Part shown: in pieces, positions 8,646-17,897 of the stretch
Position numbering within the stretch: position 1 is the first letter of the stretch
How the letters are laid out: every line of letters starts with the position of its first letter
Position numbers and translations under genes: made by a program
Notes under the pieces: model-generated
What the model saw: the letters and a program-made list of their open reading frames with translations, nothing else
What the model was told of the DNA's origin: nothing
Databases searched by the model: none
From: a virus
Taxonomy: Duplodnaviria > Heunggongvirae > Uroviricota > Caudoviricetes
IMG/VR virus record: IMGVR_UViG_2740892016_000006
Span: 1 to 50,109 of that record
DNA: 50,109 nt
Direction: 5' to 3' (one strand)

Positions 8646-8668
8646 AATAAAAAACCGCCATCAGGCGG
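8646..8668 (-). terminator. Rho-independent terminator on the minus strand between early-left genes and torI
   Basis: Minus strand reads AACCGCC-TGAT-GGCGG followed by TTTTTTT. Confidence 0.65.
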
Positions 8669-8900
8669 CTTGGTGTTCTTTCAGTTCTTCAATTCGAATA
8701 TTGGTTACGTCTGCATGTGCTATCTGCGCCCATAGCATCCAGTGGTCATAGCAGTCGTTGATGTTCTCTGCTTCGATAACTCTGTTGAATGGCTCTCCAT
8801 TCCATTCACCTGTGACTAGGAAGTGCATTTATCATCTCCATAAAACAAAACCCGCCGTAGCGAGTTCAGATAAAAGAAATCCCCGCGAGTGCGAGGATTG

Positions 8901-9260
8901 TTATTCATTGCCGATATTCACCTTTATCGCGAACACCTTTACCGGTTTATCGCCGAAGTGCTGATGTGTGATTGTCTTGATTTCATATCCGTCATACGGG
9001 ACGTCAATTCTGCGGCTGGAATCGTCGCGCTTCGGATATCCCTTTGTGATAATCAGGCGGTCATACTCCCGGAACATAATTCGCTTATTCCAGTAGTCAT
9101 TACACAGGCGATACTCTTCCGTTTTCTCTCCACGAATCATGGCATCGAAGTATTCACCTTTGACGGAAAGTTGCAGGTTAGCCACGGTTAACCTCCTGCG
9201 CCGTTTTGATGATTGCTGCCAGACAATTCTTGCAAGGAACAAGCAGCGCTTCCTGCTCAA
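8901..9260 (-). CDS. Hypothetical early-left protein (start uncertain, possibly internal)
   Basis: ORF in leftward operon; the N-terminal Arg-rich stretch may be non-coding. Confidence 0.4.
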   Translation of the reverse strand: MSRKRCLFLARIVWQQSSKRRRRLTVANLQLSVKGEYFDAMIRGEKTEEYRLCNDYWNKRIMFREYDRLIITKGYPKRDDSSRRIDVPYDGYEIKTITHQHFGDKPVKVFAIKVNIGNE

Positions 9261-9396
9261 TGCTCAACAGCGCGTGCTGAGCATCCTGAAACAACCAGTC
9301 TGAAAATTGTGGCGCATGTCCGCACCACGTTTCTATTTCATGCTTTGCAAGTTTAACTCCCTCTCGATAGTCATATTTGATGATGTGCTTGCTCAC
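9178..9396 (-). CDS. Hypothetical early-left protein (72 aa)
   Basis: ORF in tightly packed leftward operon. Confidence 0.4.
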   Translation of the reverse strand: MSKHIIKYDYREGVKLAKHEIETWCGHAPQFSDWLFQDAQHALLSIEQEALLVPCKNCLAAIIKTAQEVNRG

Positions 9397-9584
9397 GACT
9401 TCACCTCCTGTTGAGCAGAAACCTGATTTTTGAGTGATTCAGAAATATTCCTGCAATACCTAGAGGATTCATCGTCGAAAATGCTTTCGAAATACTCAGC
9501 AATCCAGCCGAACACAACAACCTGCTCATTGCTTGGATTTGCACTTTGATTGAAGGCGGTTATTAGTGATGCACTCATACTCAC
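9393..9584 (-). CDS. Hypothetical early-left protein (63 aa)
   Basis: ORF overlapping neighbours by 4 nt at both ends. Confidence 0.4.
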   Translation of the reverse strand: MSMSASLITAFNQSANPSNEQVVVFGWIAEYFESIFDDESSRYCRNISESLKNQVSAQQEVKS

Positions 9585-10327
9585 TTAACCTCCTGTTTTG
9601 GTGCTGCTGGAAGCGGCATCCAGTGGGTTATGATTACTTCGCGAGGATTGCAGTCGTCCTCTACTGGCTGCCACTCCGTCCATCCGTTGGTTTGATAGAC
9701 AAAGAAATAAGCAGGAATGTAGCCTGGTTCATCTCCTTCAAAATATGTTCCCCAGCAAAGATACAAGCAATTGCTATCAGGCATTCGCTCACTACAGCTT
9801 ATCCAACCATCCGGAGTTACCGGAGAGTTGCCATTTACATCGAAGTTTGGCTCTGCGTCCTGAACCAGGAGGATGTAACCATTCTTGGCAGTATCAAGTT
9901 CTAACGCCTCGGTTACGGTGCCGAAATAGCGATTACCTAAATCAGCATCACAAGTACTTACATCAATGGAAACTTCCATGCCTTCGATTAATTCTGGCAA
10001 GTTGTAAGCTTGGCTTACAGGTTCGGCTTCCAGTTCTGCAATGCGCTTTTTTGCTGTTTCCAGCTCGCCCAGCAGCGCCAAGACGGTAGCCGGATTGGCT
10101 GCAGCGATGAACTCAGCATTGGCCTGCTGTTCCATTTGGAAATCTTCATCGAAACCGCTTTCAGGATGCGCTCCTTCAATTCTGCAAATGGGAAGATATC
10201 CAACAACTTCACGATGAATTAGCGCATCATCACCATCAAATCGGCCCTCTCCATATTCGAGCGACCACACACCACACGTTGCTTTCTCTGCCTTTTCACG
10301 CAGTGCCTGATAGTCAATCTTGCTCAT
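9581..10327 (-). CDS. Ead/Ea22-like early protein with DUF551-like C-terminus
   Basis: N-terminus MSKIDYQALREKAEKAT and C-terminal ITHWMPLPAAP resemble recalled Ea22-like / DUF551 phage proteins. Confidence 0.5.
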   Translation of the reverse strand: MSKIDYQALREKAEKATCGVWSLEYGEGRFDGDDALIHREVVGYLPICRIEGAHPESGFDEDFQMEQQANAEFIAAANPATVLALLGELETAKKRIAELEAEPVSQAYNLPELIEGMEVSIDVSTCDADLGNRYFGTVTEALELDTAKNGYILLVQDAEPNFDVNGNSPVTPDGWISCSERMPDSNCLYLCWGTYFEGDEPGYIPAYFFVYQTNGWTEWQPVEDDCNPREVIITHWMPLPAAPKQEVK

Positions 10328-10328
10328 G

Positions 10329-10628
10329 TCACATCACCCTGAATCCGTTGCATTTACGTAAGAAATCGCAGATGTAGCCCTTCATTTTTTCATGCCAATC
10401 TCGATCATTCCCATTGCACCAACCATCAGGTGGAGTCCAGTTTTCTATCAGAGCAGCCATTTTCTTTGCTTTCGCCGGAGTAGCTGTTGCGGTATCGCAG
10501 TAATGACGAGTGTCAACAAACTTATCCATGCCATCGATATCAAGTACGCAAAACCATGTGTGATTCGGAATTCCTACAGGTGGTATTTGTTGCCCACGTC
10601 GGCGTTTATCAATGAGATATACACTCAC
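10329..10628 (-). CDS. Hypothetical early-left protein (99 aa)
   Basis: ORF in leftward operon. Confidence 0.45.
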   Translation of the reverse strand: MSVYLIDKRRRGQQIPPVGIPNHTWFCVLDIDGMDKFVDTRHYCDTATATPAKAKKMAALIENWTPPDGWCNGNDRDWHEKMKGYICDFLRKCNGFRVM

Positions 10629-11074
10629 TGGTTACCTCCTTTGCGAAGCTCTGCGGCGAACTCGTTAAGTGATATGTAGCAATCTCCAAATGTTGACGAA
10701 CCGCTCGACTGCATATGCTCCATAGCCATCTCCACGCCCTGCGCCCGTACTTCAGCCAGGAAAGCATCGGTGGCTGGGGTTTCAGTAACATCATCTTCCC
10801 ATTCGCTAAACTCCTCACGACAAAAGTCATTAAATTCCTTCTCAGATTGCTTAAGCGAGATATTTTCAGCAGCCATCTTCGCGCACTTGGCCTCAAGGTT
10901 ATCAATCGTGATTCCAGCAGAACTACACTCCCGCAACGCCGTTTCTAGTTTTGATTCAAGTTCACCGAACTTACGCACCAGATATTCAGCGTTTGTTTCG
11001 TTAACCTTTAAATCTCGTGGGAAGCATTTACCTTTCAGAAAACCATCCATCTCAATTAGTGAAATTTGTTTCAT
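10625..11074 (-). CDS. Hypothetical early-left protein (149 aa), acidic coiled-coil-like
   Basis: ORF in leftward operon. Confidence 0.45.
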   Translation of the reverse strand: MKQISLIEMDGFLKGKCFPRDLKVNETNAEYLVRKFGELESKLETALRECSSAGITIDNLEAKCAKMAAENISLKQSEKEFNDFCREEFSEWEDDVTETPATDAFLAEVRAQGVEMAMEHMQSSGSSTFGDCYISLNEFAAELRKGGNQ

Positions 11075-11231
11075 TTCTTCCCACTCCGCAACATCGCATT
11101 CAGATATTTGTTTTAATTCACTGATGGAAACGAGTTTCGCTTAAGTAATTCCTCTCTTGATGGCATTGGCTTTACGCGTTGGCGAATAATCATTTCTGCC
11201 GGAAGAATGCCGGGATTGTATGCAAGTCCTC

Positions 11232-11555
11232 TCATGATTTACTCTCCACGAACTGGTCAACGGCCATGCTAAGTGACACACCTAAAGTCTCGATATGCTG
11301 CTGAATATCCTGTAGCGTCCGCGCTTGAGATAACAGAATTTCACGGTTGCATAACTCTTTAACCAGATGCTCAAACTTGCTGTAATAACCGATACGGCTT
11401 AGTGTTTCTTTCCCCGCATTCTCACCTTCTTTGATAATTCCTCTTTCACTAAGAATCAGGTCGTGTTTGGTTCCGGTAATAACGTATTTTCCGAGGTCGA
11501 TGTTTAGCTTCATTGTTTTCATTGTTAATTCCTCAGTCATTACTGATAGCTCCAT
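11232..11555 (-). CDS. Hypothetical early-left protein (start taken at internal Met; track ORF extends to 11675)
   Basis: Protein-like composition begins at [10 protein letters not shown]; upstream part overlaps the next ORF in another frame. Confidence 0.4.
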   Translation of the reverse strand: MELSVMTEELTMKTMKLNIDLGKYVITGTKHDLILSERGIIKEGENAGKETLSRIGYYSKFEHLVKELCNREILLSQARTLQDIQQHIETLGVSLSMAVDQFVESKS

Positions 11556-11829
11556 AGCGTGAGCGGTAATTACGCAGGCGCGGGTCGATATATTCAGGGA
11601 AGTGGGTATATGTGGCTTTGCGGAATGGTCGGATTGATGTCTGGTAAATTCGCTCTCGTTCTTCTTTCTCTGCAAGCCATATACAGTGGCGAAATTCCTT
11701 TTCCTCTTTCGTTTCCTGCGGTAGCGACATTATCCGATCGTAGTTTTTTCTGAATTTATCCAGCACCTCCGATACGGAATTGCCGGAACAGCGGCGTGGG
11801 TCATCCGCACCATACAGAGGAGCTGGCAT
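11533..11829 (-). CDS. Hypothetical early-left protein (98 aa)
   Basis: ORF with balanced composition upstream of ssb. Confidence 0.4.
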   Translation of the reverse strand: MPAPLYGADDPRRCSGNSVSEVLDKFRKNYDRIMSLPQETKEEKEFRHCIWLAEKEERERIYQTSIRPFRKATYTHFPEYIDPRLRNYRSRYGAISND

Positions 11830-11852
11830 AATGGAATCCTTATGTTGCTACT

Positions 11853-12236
11853 TTAGAAGGGAATTGAATCGTCGTATTCAGGATGATTTTGATGATTGCT
11901 ACTTTGCTGCTGTTGGCTGTTTCCTGAAGTTGCAAATCCAATCTTTGCATTCAGTAATTCAAGAGTGATTGATTGACCATTTTGCCCCTGATAAACATCA
12001 ACCCTGATGTTTTCTCCGGTAATTTCTACAATGCCTCCTTCAACCAGAACGCTACGATAGTAATCCGCTTGCGCTCCCGGCTTGGCAAATACAACGGCGC
12101 TGTAGTTTGTCCATTCTTTCTTTTTTGTCTGGCGATCGTAATACTGAACGCCAGCACGGATGTTGAATCCGATATTTTCCCCGGCCTGAAACTCTCTTGC
12201 GGGCTTGTTTAGTCTTACAGTAATCGAATGTGCCAT
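11853..12236 (-). CDS. ssb: Single-stranded DNA-binding protein (start at internal Met overlapping the erf stop)
   Basis: OB-fold-like core and acidic C-terminal tip ending DDSIPF (compare SSB DDDIPF). Confidence 0.7.
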   Translation of the reverse strand: MAHSITVRLNKPAREFQAGENIGFNIRAGVQYYDRQTKKKEWTNYSAVVFAKPGAQADYYRSVLVEGGIVEITGENIRVDVYQGQNGQSITLELLNAKIGFATSGNSQQQQSSNHQNHPEYDDSIPF

Positions 12237-12841
12237 TAAGCGGCCGCCCCTTCTAATTCGTCTCGTCTGATGTTGTAAACGTCCTGCGCTTTGTGCTGCT
12301 CCGGTGTGCCTTCGAGCATCTTCCACGCTTTGGCGAACGCCTGTTTAAGCTCTTCCACGGTGTTTTTCTGCAATGCTGCGTCAGTGAATGCTTTTAGAAC
12401 CTGTTCAGGTGTAGGTGATGGTTTTGATTGCTTTGCTGCTGCGTTCTGCTGATGTTTATGCTCGTCGGTATCTGCATCTTTCGCATCATCAATGCCGAAC
12501 AAACCATTGAGGCAATACTTGCGTGCATAAGAGCTTGTAGCTCCAGTAACTTGTGCAGAATCCATTCCTTTCTTGCTTTCTTCCTCTCGTGCAAGAGCGG
12601 TTGCCGTATGACTGTTTTCGCCATCGGTAATAGTTGCCGTGGCTTTCACGTAATACCGATCACCAATCAACACAACTTCATCGCTGATTGATAAAAACAG
12701 GCCATTCAGTAACGGCTTAACGCCTTCAAGAATGTCTTCGCAGCTTCTGTATTTATATTTGCCGAATGAGTTGTACTGATTCTTTGGCGCGTTCAGATTC
12801 TCCTGAATAGCTGCCAGTCTTGCGTAAAATTCTTTGCTCAT
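12236..12841 (-). CDS. erf: Erf-family single-strand annealing recombinase
   Basis: MSKEFYARLA...NQYNSFGKYKYRSCEDILEGVKPLL matches recalled P22 Erf. Confidence 0.8.
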   Translation of the reverse strand: MSKEFYARLAAIQENLNAPKNQYNSFGKYKYRSCEDILEGVKPLLNGLFLSISDEVVLIGDRYYVKATATITDGENSHTATALAREEESKKGMDSAQVTGATSSYARKYCLNGLFGIDDAKDADTDEHKHQQNAAAKQSKPSPTPEQVLKAFTDAALQKNTVEELKQAFAKAWKMLEGTPEQHKAQDVYNIRRDELEGAAA

Positions 12842-12930
12842 ATGTTTGTTCTCAGAATGGACATGGCCCAAGGAAATAACGCTGATTTAATACTTCAGTC
12901 TTTGCCGCATTTAAAAATACGCGAACACCT

Positions 12931-13116
12931 TCACGATCTCCCTTCTGGCGATACATTAACGCCTGCTGCGTGTACATGCGTCTCTGTAACTTGCTCTCCT
13001 TCACTGTGGTTGCAAGTGACATGCATATCTCCTTCGTTACCGATTAATTCTTTCATCTGACGAATGAATTCTTCGTCTGACCAGTTATCTGTAAAACTCA
13101 TTTCCTGCGATACCAC
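12931..13116 (-). CDS. Small early-left protein (arf position)
   Basis: 61-aa ORF between kil-like and erf. Confidence 0.3.
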   Translation of the reverse strand: MVSQEMSFTDNWSDEEFIRQMKELIGNEGDMHVTCNHSEGEQVTETHVHAAGVNVSPEGRS

Positions 13117-13250
13117 GGAAGGTTGATAGCTGATTTCATCGCTTTATTTGCTTCAAGCCACATTTTTGAATCACCAATAAATCTGGCTATTACTGCTTTG
13201 TTCTGTGCAGCACGAAGCATCTGGTGATTGATGGCTATTTCATTGCGCAT
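13098..13250 (-). CDS. Kil-like small protein (50 aa; not in ORF track)
   Basis: Hand translation MRNEIAINHQMLRAAQNKAVIARFIGDSKMWLEANKAMKSAINLPWYRRK; ARFIGDxKMW resembles lambda Kil. Confidence 0.45.
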   Translation of the reverse strand: MRNEIAINHQMLRAAQNKAVIARFIGDSKMWLEANKAMKSAINLPWYRRK

Positions 13251-13366
13251 AATAAGACCTCAACTCTTTTCCATCCGTCACGTAATTTACGGGTGATTCG
13301 TTCAAGTAAAGATTCATTTAGTTGGAAGGCACCCATGCGAGCGCCTCCCGCGATTGCGTAAATCAT
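13235..13366 (-). CDS. cIII: CIII-like protein (43 aa; not in ORF track)
   Basis: Hand translation contains SLLERITRKLRDGWKR, the conserved core of lambda CIII. Confidence 0.6.
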   Translation of the reverse strand: MIYAIAGGARMGAFQLNESLLERITRKLRDGWKRVEVLLCAMK

Positions 13367-13390
13367 GGGTGGTTCCTTATGTTGGTTTTA

Positions 13391-14359
13391 TTAGTAGGTT
13401 ATTTTTGTTGCGAATACTTCGCCTTTTACGATGGCTGTTATGATATTTTTAGCAACATCTTCTGATGCGCCAACCTTGATAAGGTCAGCAAGTATTTTGT
13501 TATTTACTTCTTTCCGGTGAGCTTTATCCTTTGCTCTACGCTCTTCTTCGTCCTTGATTCTTTTTTCTTCTGCTATTCTGGCTTGCTCTTTTGCTTCAGC
13601 TTCGCGCCGGATTCGTTCAGCCTCCTCCTGTGCTTTTCGGCGTTCTGCTTCAATTGCCGCCTGCTTTTCTCTTTCAGCTCGTTCTGCTGCCTCTTTTGCT
13701 TCGCGCTGTGCTCGTTGCTCGGCTTCAATGCGTTCACGCTCTGCACGTTCCGCTGCGGCCTTAGCTTCTGCTTCTCGCCTTGCTGCTGCTTCAATTTCGG
13801 CTTTTGCCTTTGCTTCGGCTTCTGCTCTGGCTTTCTCTTCAGCTTCTCTTTTTAAGCGTTCTTCATGCTCTCGCTTTTCCTGCTCCGCTTTGAGTCTTGC
13901 CTCTTCTCTTTGGCGGTCAAATTCGCGATCCATCAAAATCGCTATTTCATGGTCAGACTCAATTTGCTTTGCGAGAGCTTCAGCTGCTGCCTTAGCTTCT
14001 TCTTCGGCTTTAATCCGCGCCTGTTCTTCCTCATAATCAGTAAGAGGCTGGCGCGCCTTGGCTTTCAGTTCATCAAGGCGATCGCGCACTGTCTTGCGGT
14101 TGGCATCAATTAGCTTTGGAATTTCCTTCAGTTCAGCAACAAGGTCTTTGCCAAGACCATCGAGATATGTTTTCGTCTGCGCAACTTTATACGCCAGAGA
14201 AGCGATCTCCTTTCTGCCCTTTGCCGTTGTGATATCAGGCACAAAGGACATAACTTCACGTTCAACCTTTTGAAGGATTTCTTCAATCTGGTCGGCAGAC
14301 TGAAATACAGTCATTGCATTTGCTTTTTCAATAACAACTAAATCTGTTACTTCACTCAT
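13391..14359 (-). CDS. Early-left protein with long E/R/K/A-rich single-alpha-helix-like central region (322 aa)
   Basis: Central segment is almost entirely EEARLKAEQEKREHEERLKREAEEKARAEAEAKAKAE-type repeats between globular termini. Confidence 0.6.
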   Translation of the reverse strand: MSEVTDLVVIEKANAMTVFQSADQIEEILQKVEREVMSFVPDITTAKGRKEIASLAYKVAQTKTYLDGLGKDLVAELKEIPKLIDANRKTVRDRLDELKAKARQPLTDYEEEQARIKAEEEAKAAAEALAKQIESDHEIAILMDREFDRQREEARLKAEQEKREHEERLKREAEEKARAEAEAKAKAEIEAAARREAEAKAAAERAERERIEAEQRAQREAKEAAERAEREKQAAIEAERRKAQEEAERIRREAEAKEQARIAEEKRIKDEEERRAKDKAHRKEVNNKILADLIKVGASEDVAKNIITAIVKGEVFATKITY

Positions 14360-14393
14360 ATATCCTCCTTCGTTGTATTCTTTAAAAACGCTC

Positions 14394-14762
14394 TCAGGCG
14401 GCTTTGATAGTCATATCATCTGAATCAAATATTCCTGATGTATCGATATCGGTAATTCTTATTCCTTCGCTACCATCCATTGGAGGCCATCCTTCCTGAC
14501 CATTTCCATCATTCCAGTCGAACTCACACACAACACCATATGCATTTAAGTCGCTTGAAATTGCTATAAGCAGAGCATGTTGCGCCAGCATGATTAATAC
14601 AGCATTTAATACAGAGCCGTGTTTATTGAGTCGGTATTCAGAGTCTGACCAGAAATTATTAATCTGGTGAAGTTTTTCCTCTGTCATTACGTCATGGTCG
14701 ATTTCAATTTCTATTGATGCTTTCCAGTCGTAATCAATGATGTATTTTTTGATGTTTGACAT
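14394..14762 (-). CDS. Hypothetical early-left protein (122 aa)
   Basis: ORF in leftward operon. Confidence 0.5.
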   Translation of the reverse strand: MSNIKKYIIDYDWKASIEIEIDHDVMTEEKLHQINNFWSDSEYRLNKHGSVLNAVLIMLAQHALLIAISSDLNAYGVVCEFDWNDGNGQEGWPPMDGSEGIRITDIDTSGIFDSDDMTIKAA

Positions 14763-14942
14763 CTATTCATATCCTCATAGATAAAAAATCGCCCTCACAC
14801 TGGAGGGCAAAGAAGATTTCCAATAATCAGAACAAGTCGGCTCCTGTTTAGTTACGAGCGACATTGCTCCGTGTATTCACTCGTTGGAATGAATACACAG
14901 TGCAATGTTTATTCTGTTGTTTATGCCAAAAATAAAGGCCGA

Positions 14943-15266
14943 CTATTCGTCCTTATCTACATTCCTGAACCAAACGCAGATCGGACCGTCTTCTGTATCG
15001 TGAATCGAACCGACAAACCATCCTTCTCCATCTGGCATGCTTGGCTCCCATCCACTGATGTTTTGATTCCCATCTTCAAAATACGCGTCAATTACCGTTT
15101 GATTGTTGTCGTTTTCCATTTCAACAATTGATGATTCAATGCCATGCTGCTTGCAGAAAGATCTGAACTCATCAGCTGAAATTACCTCTCTATCCCCAAA
15201 CAGGTTGGCGTATTCTGGGTGCGTCCAGTAGCCATCCTCGCTTCGCTCTACTACTAATGCTTCCAT
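14943..15266 (-). CDS. Hypothetical early-left acidic protein (107 aa)
   Basis: ORF in leftward operon. Confidence 0.5.
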   Translation of the reverse strand: MEALVVERSEDGYWTHPEYANLFGDREVISADEFRSFCKQHGIESSIVEMENDNNQTVIDAYFEDGNQNISGWEPSMPDGEGWFVGSIHDTEDGPICVWFRNVDKDE

Positions 15267-15399
15267 ATCTCACCTCAAATAAGTGGTTTGCTGCCTAATT
15301 TCATTTTCTGGCGACCAACACAAGTCACACCCATTTCACTGCGTGGCTTGCGGTAGTAAATACGGTTATTTATGTCATTAAAAACCAGCGTGAGCGTGG

Positions 15400-15666
15400 T
15401 TATTTTTTCTTTCCAAGAGATGGAAGACCTCCAGAATAATCTGGACCACTTGAACGATGCATTTGATACAATATTGCGTTTTTGTTGGCGTTTAGTGGCT
15501 TTGTTGCGAAAGAAATTTTTTCTCGTTTTACATCTCTTATCATCATCAACTCACGTTCTGATGCTTTTGGATGATAATCATTGATATGCTTCCATGCTGC
15601 CTTGGCGCTGAATTTTCTTCCACATAAAGGGCAATAGCATTTATATGATACTTGTTTGCTAGTCAT
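15400..15666 (-). CDS. Hypothetical small zinc-finger-like protein (88 aa)
   Basis: CPLCG...H...H pattern. Confidence 0.45.
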   Translation of the reverse strand: MTSKQVSYKCYCPLCGRKFSAKAAWKHINDYHPKASERELMMIRDVKREKISFATKPLNANKNAILYQMHRSSGPDYSGGLPSLGKKK

Positions 15667-15668
15667 TT

Positions 15669-15977
15669 CTATCTCGCCGTAATTGATTTCATTGACCTGT
15701 AACCAGCAGCATACAGTGCAACTTCAGGCAAACAAACGCTTCCGCCATTCGCATCTGTATTTGATTTACTGATGATGCCGAGTGATATTGCTTTTTCAGA
15801 AAGACTTAAACGCTTTCTCGGTTCTTCCTGAACAGCTTCCTCACTGTCTGTGCCGAAGATCGAATCGATGATGTTGCAGATGGAATCACGCTCGATAGCC
15901 AGCTTTCTGCGCCGCTCATGACGGCGAGTTTTGGCATTTCCTGCAAATGTTGATTTTCCGTACACGATTACCGTCAT
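15669..15977 (-). CDS. N-type antiterminator (P22 gp24-like arginine-rich motif)
   Basis: GNAKTRRHERRRKLAIERD matches the recalled P22 N boxB-binding peptide; start taken at internal Met. Confidence 0.65.
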   Translation of the reverse strand: MTVIVYGKSTFAGNAKTRRHERRRKLAIERDSICNIIDSIFGTDSEEAVQEEPRKRLSLSEKAISLGIISKSNTDANGGSVCLPEVALYAAGYRSMKSITAR

Positions 15978-16061
15978 GATGTTTTCCTCATGTGAAATGG
16001 CTTTGGTGGTGATGCGCCAGGTGCTGATCTTCTGGTTGCTGTCGTTGCAGCTGCAATTCAC

Positions 16062-16240
16062 ATCACCGCCAACCCCATCTCGTTTGGTATCTGTTTGCGC
16101 TTTGTCAGCGCCCCATCGAAGTTAAAGAGCCTGCCAATCTGTTCCGTTTGGCTTCCAGCTTCCTGCTGATGGCGATAATAATGAACCAATAGTTCGATAT
16201 TATCAAGAACTATTGGTACGAAAATTTTGTGATTTATTAA
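16062..16240. promoter_or_regulatory. Probable PL/OL control region upstream of N; includes inverted repeat CCAATAGTTC (16186-16195) / GAACTATTGG (16206-16215)
   Basis: Position upstream of N on the minus strand; palindrome seen in sequence. Confidence 0.35.
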
Positions 16241-16442
16241 CTCTACGAAATATGATTTTGATATATAAGGAAATTTATTTTTGTAAATGTTGCGGATGAG
16301 GGTTATGCGGCAGGGATCAGAATTTCGTGGTTTAGCAAGTTGTATCTATCAATTTTTCAATAAATACAATTGGTTATGTGTTATTAGGTGTGGGGATCGT
16401 GAGGCAAAGAAAACCCGGCGCTGAGGCCGGGTTATGTAGGCA

Positions 16443-16544
16443 TTATGCGGCTTTTTTGGTGTGTGCTGACGAGCGAGCCAGAATCTCGTTGATGAGAGCT
16501 CTCAGGGTCATTGCATCTTTGTGCAGAGTGGACATGGTTTTCAT
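16443..16544 (-). CDS. Possible small protein (33 aa) downstream of the rex-position gene
   Basis: Hand translation MKTMSTLHKDAMTLRALINEILARSSAHTKKAA with GAGGA SD upstream. Confidence 0.3.
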   Translation of the reverse strand: MKTMSTLHKDAMTLRALINEILARSSAHTKKAA

Positions 16545-16613
16545 TGCGTTTCCTCGGTTTATTTTATGGTACTAGCCTAGTTCAAATAGACTATATGAAA
16601 TCTTGATTTACTA

Positions 16614-16994
16614 TTAAGGCCATTGGGTTGGTGGAAGATCGTGGGTTTTTATCTGCGTATTTGCTTCCACACATTTATCATAGTCTAATTTCTCTACAGC
16701 AAGCAATAGTGATTCAGCATACATCAATCCTTGTTTGATGTTCATAACATTTATGCTTGCACTTGCGGCATCCATATCCTTTGCTGTCTCTACCATGTGC
16801 TCAAAGCTTTGAGCAATAGAGTCAACACCGTTTTTCATCCTTGTAAACACTAATTTTAGCTCATCAAGGCTTGGATTCGTTAGATCATACATCCCATGCA
16901 TTCCATGGGCTTCGAATAACTCTGACAACGATCTAAGGGCGAAGTTCACAGAATCAATAACTTGGTCGTACTTTTTCTTATCAAGATCATTCAT
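16614..16994 (-). CDS. Hypothetical protein in the rex/sieB position immediately downstream of cI (126 aa)
   Basis: Co-oriented with cI, 117 nt after its stop; no family recognised. Confidence 0.55.
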   Translation of the reverse strand: MNDLDKKKYDQVIDSVNFALRSLSELFEAHGMHGMYDLTNPSLDELKLVFTRMKNGVDSIAQSFEHMVETAKDMDAASASINVMNIKQGLMYAESLLLAVEKLDYDKCVEANTQIKTHDLPPTQWP

Positions 16995-17111
16995 TAAAAA
17001 TATAACCTTTTAACTAATTGATATTGCTGCATTTATATCAATATATGCATTTCACATATATCACCCAAACGTCTCTTCAGGCCACTGGCTATCAGCTATG
17101 TGACGATGAAG

Positions 17112-17819
17112 TCACGAACTTTTCAGCCACTCCCTTGCCTCGATGTCATCCAGATGGCGAGATTGCTTCAGAATACCAGCCACATACTCCACCTTTGCTA
17201 CTTGATGATAAGGCAACGTTATTGGCCTATGGTCCTGGTTGATGCTTGTAAACTGGTATTCTCCATCTCTGTCATAGCCAAGAATCTTGATCATGTTGTG
17301 TCCTTCGATGGTTCTGACAAACACCTCATCACCCGGGAAGACTTTGGTGTTAGGCTCAATGAGTACATATTCTCCTGATTTTATTCTGGGCCACATGCTG
17401 TCTCCTTTCACACGAAGACCAAAGGCATCTGGATCATCGCTATAAATTTTGAGCCACCCATCGCGCTCTTCGGTCATCTCGATGGCACCATCAACACCAA
17501 GAATTGCCTCACCAACCACGCGCACTAACCCTTTTTTTAATTTGCCAACAAATGAAAGAGTATCTTCATCATTCGCTCCATTTAACGAAGTTCCGTGCTG
17601 AAGCCAAACAACATCAACGTTTAGAAATTTCGCAAGCGCATTCATTTTTTCCTGACGCGGTAAAGACTCAGCATTAAACCATTTGCTAACGCCTTTGGAC
17701 GAAAGAGAAAGGGCACGGGCTATGGCCATCCCCCTACCATGTTCATCAAGACCAGCTTCTTTACAGGCTTGCGCTAGCCGCTGGGCGAATTCTTTGCGCA
17801 CTTTTTCATTCTGAACCAT
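17112..17819 (-). CDS. cI: CI-type prophage repressor (HTH + S24 LexA-like peptidase domain)
   Basis: N-terminal HTH, C-terminal GDSMWP autocleavage motif, divergent from cro. Confidence 0.9.
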   Translation of the reverse strand: MVQNEKVRKEFAQRLAQACKEAGLDEHGRGMAIARALSLSSKGVSKWFNAESLPRQEKMNALAKFLNVDVVWLQHGTSLNGANDEDTLSFVGKLKKGLVRVVGEAILGVDGAIEMTEERDGWLKIYSDDPDAFGLRVKGDSMWPRIKSGEYVLIEPNTKVFPGDEVFVRTIEGHNMIKILGYDRDGEYQFTSINQDHRPITLPYHQVAKVEYVAGILKQSRHLDDIEAREWLKSS

Positions 17820-17820
17820 G

Positions 17821-17890
17821 AGTACGATACTAAAGCACTTGCAAAAACTTTCAGTTCAATCATAATGCGTACTGAAAGTACGAAAAAGGA
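17821..17890. promoter_or_regulatory. OR operator / PR-PRM region between cI and cro
   Basis: Inverted repeat ACTTTCAGT (17847-17855) / ACTGAAAGT (17871-17879) and repeated AGTACGA motifs in the 78-nt divergent intergenic region. Confidence 0.5.
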
Positions 17891-17897
17891 TATTCCT

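Noticed and set aside
13517-14273. Plus-strand ORFs 13517..13855, 13554..14036, 13865..14113 and 14058..14273
   Set aside because: Antisense shadows of the E/R/K-rich gene 13391-14359 with low-complexity Cys/Phe/Ser composition.
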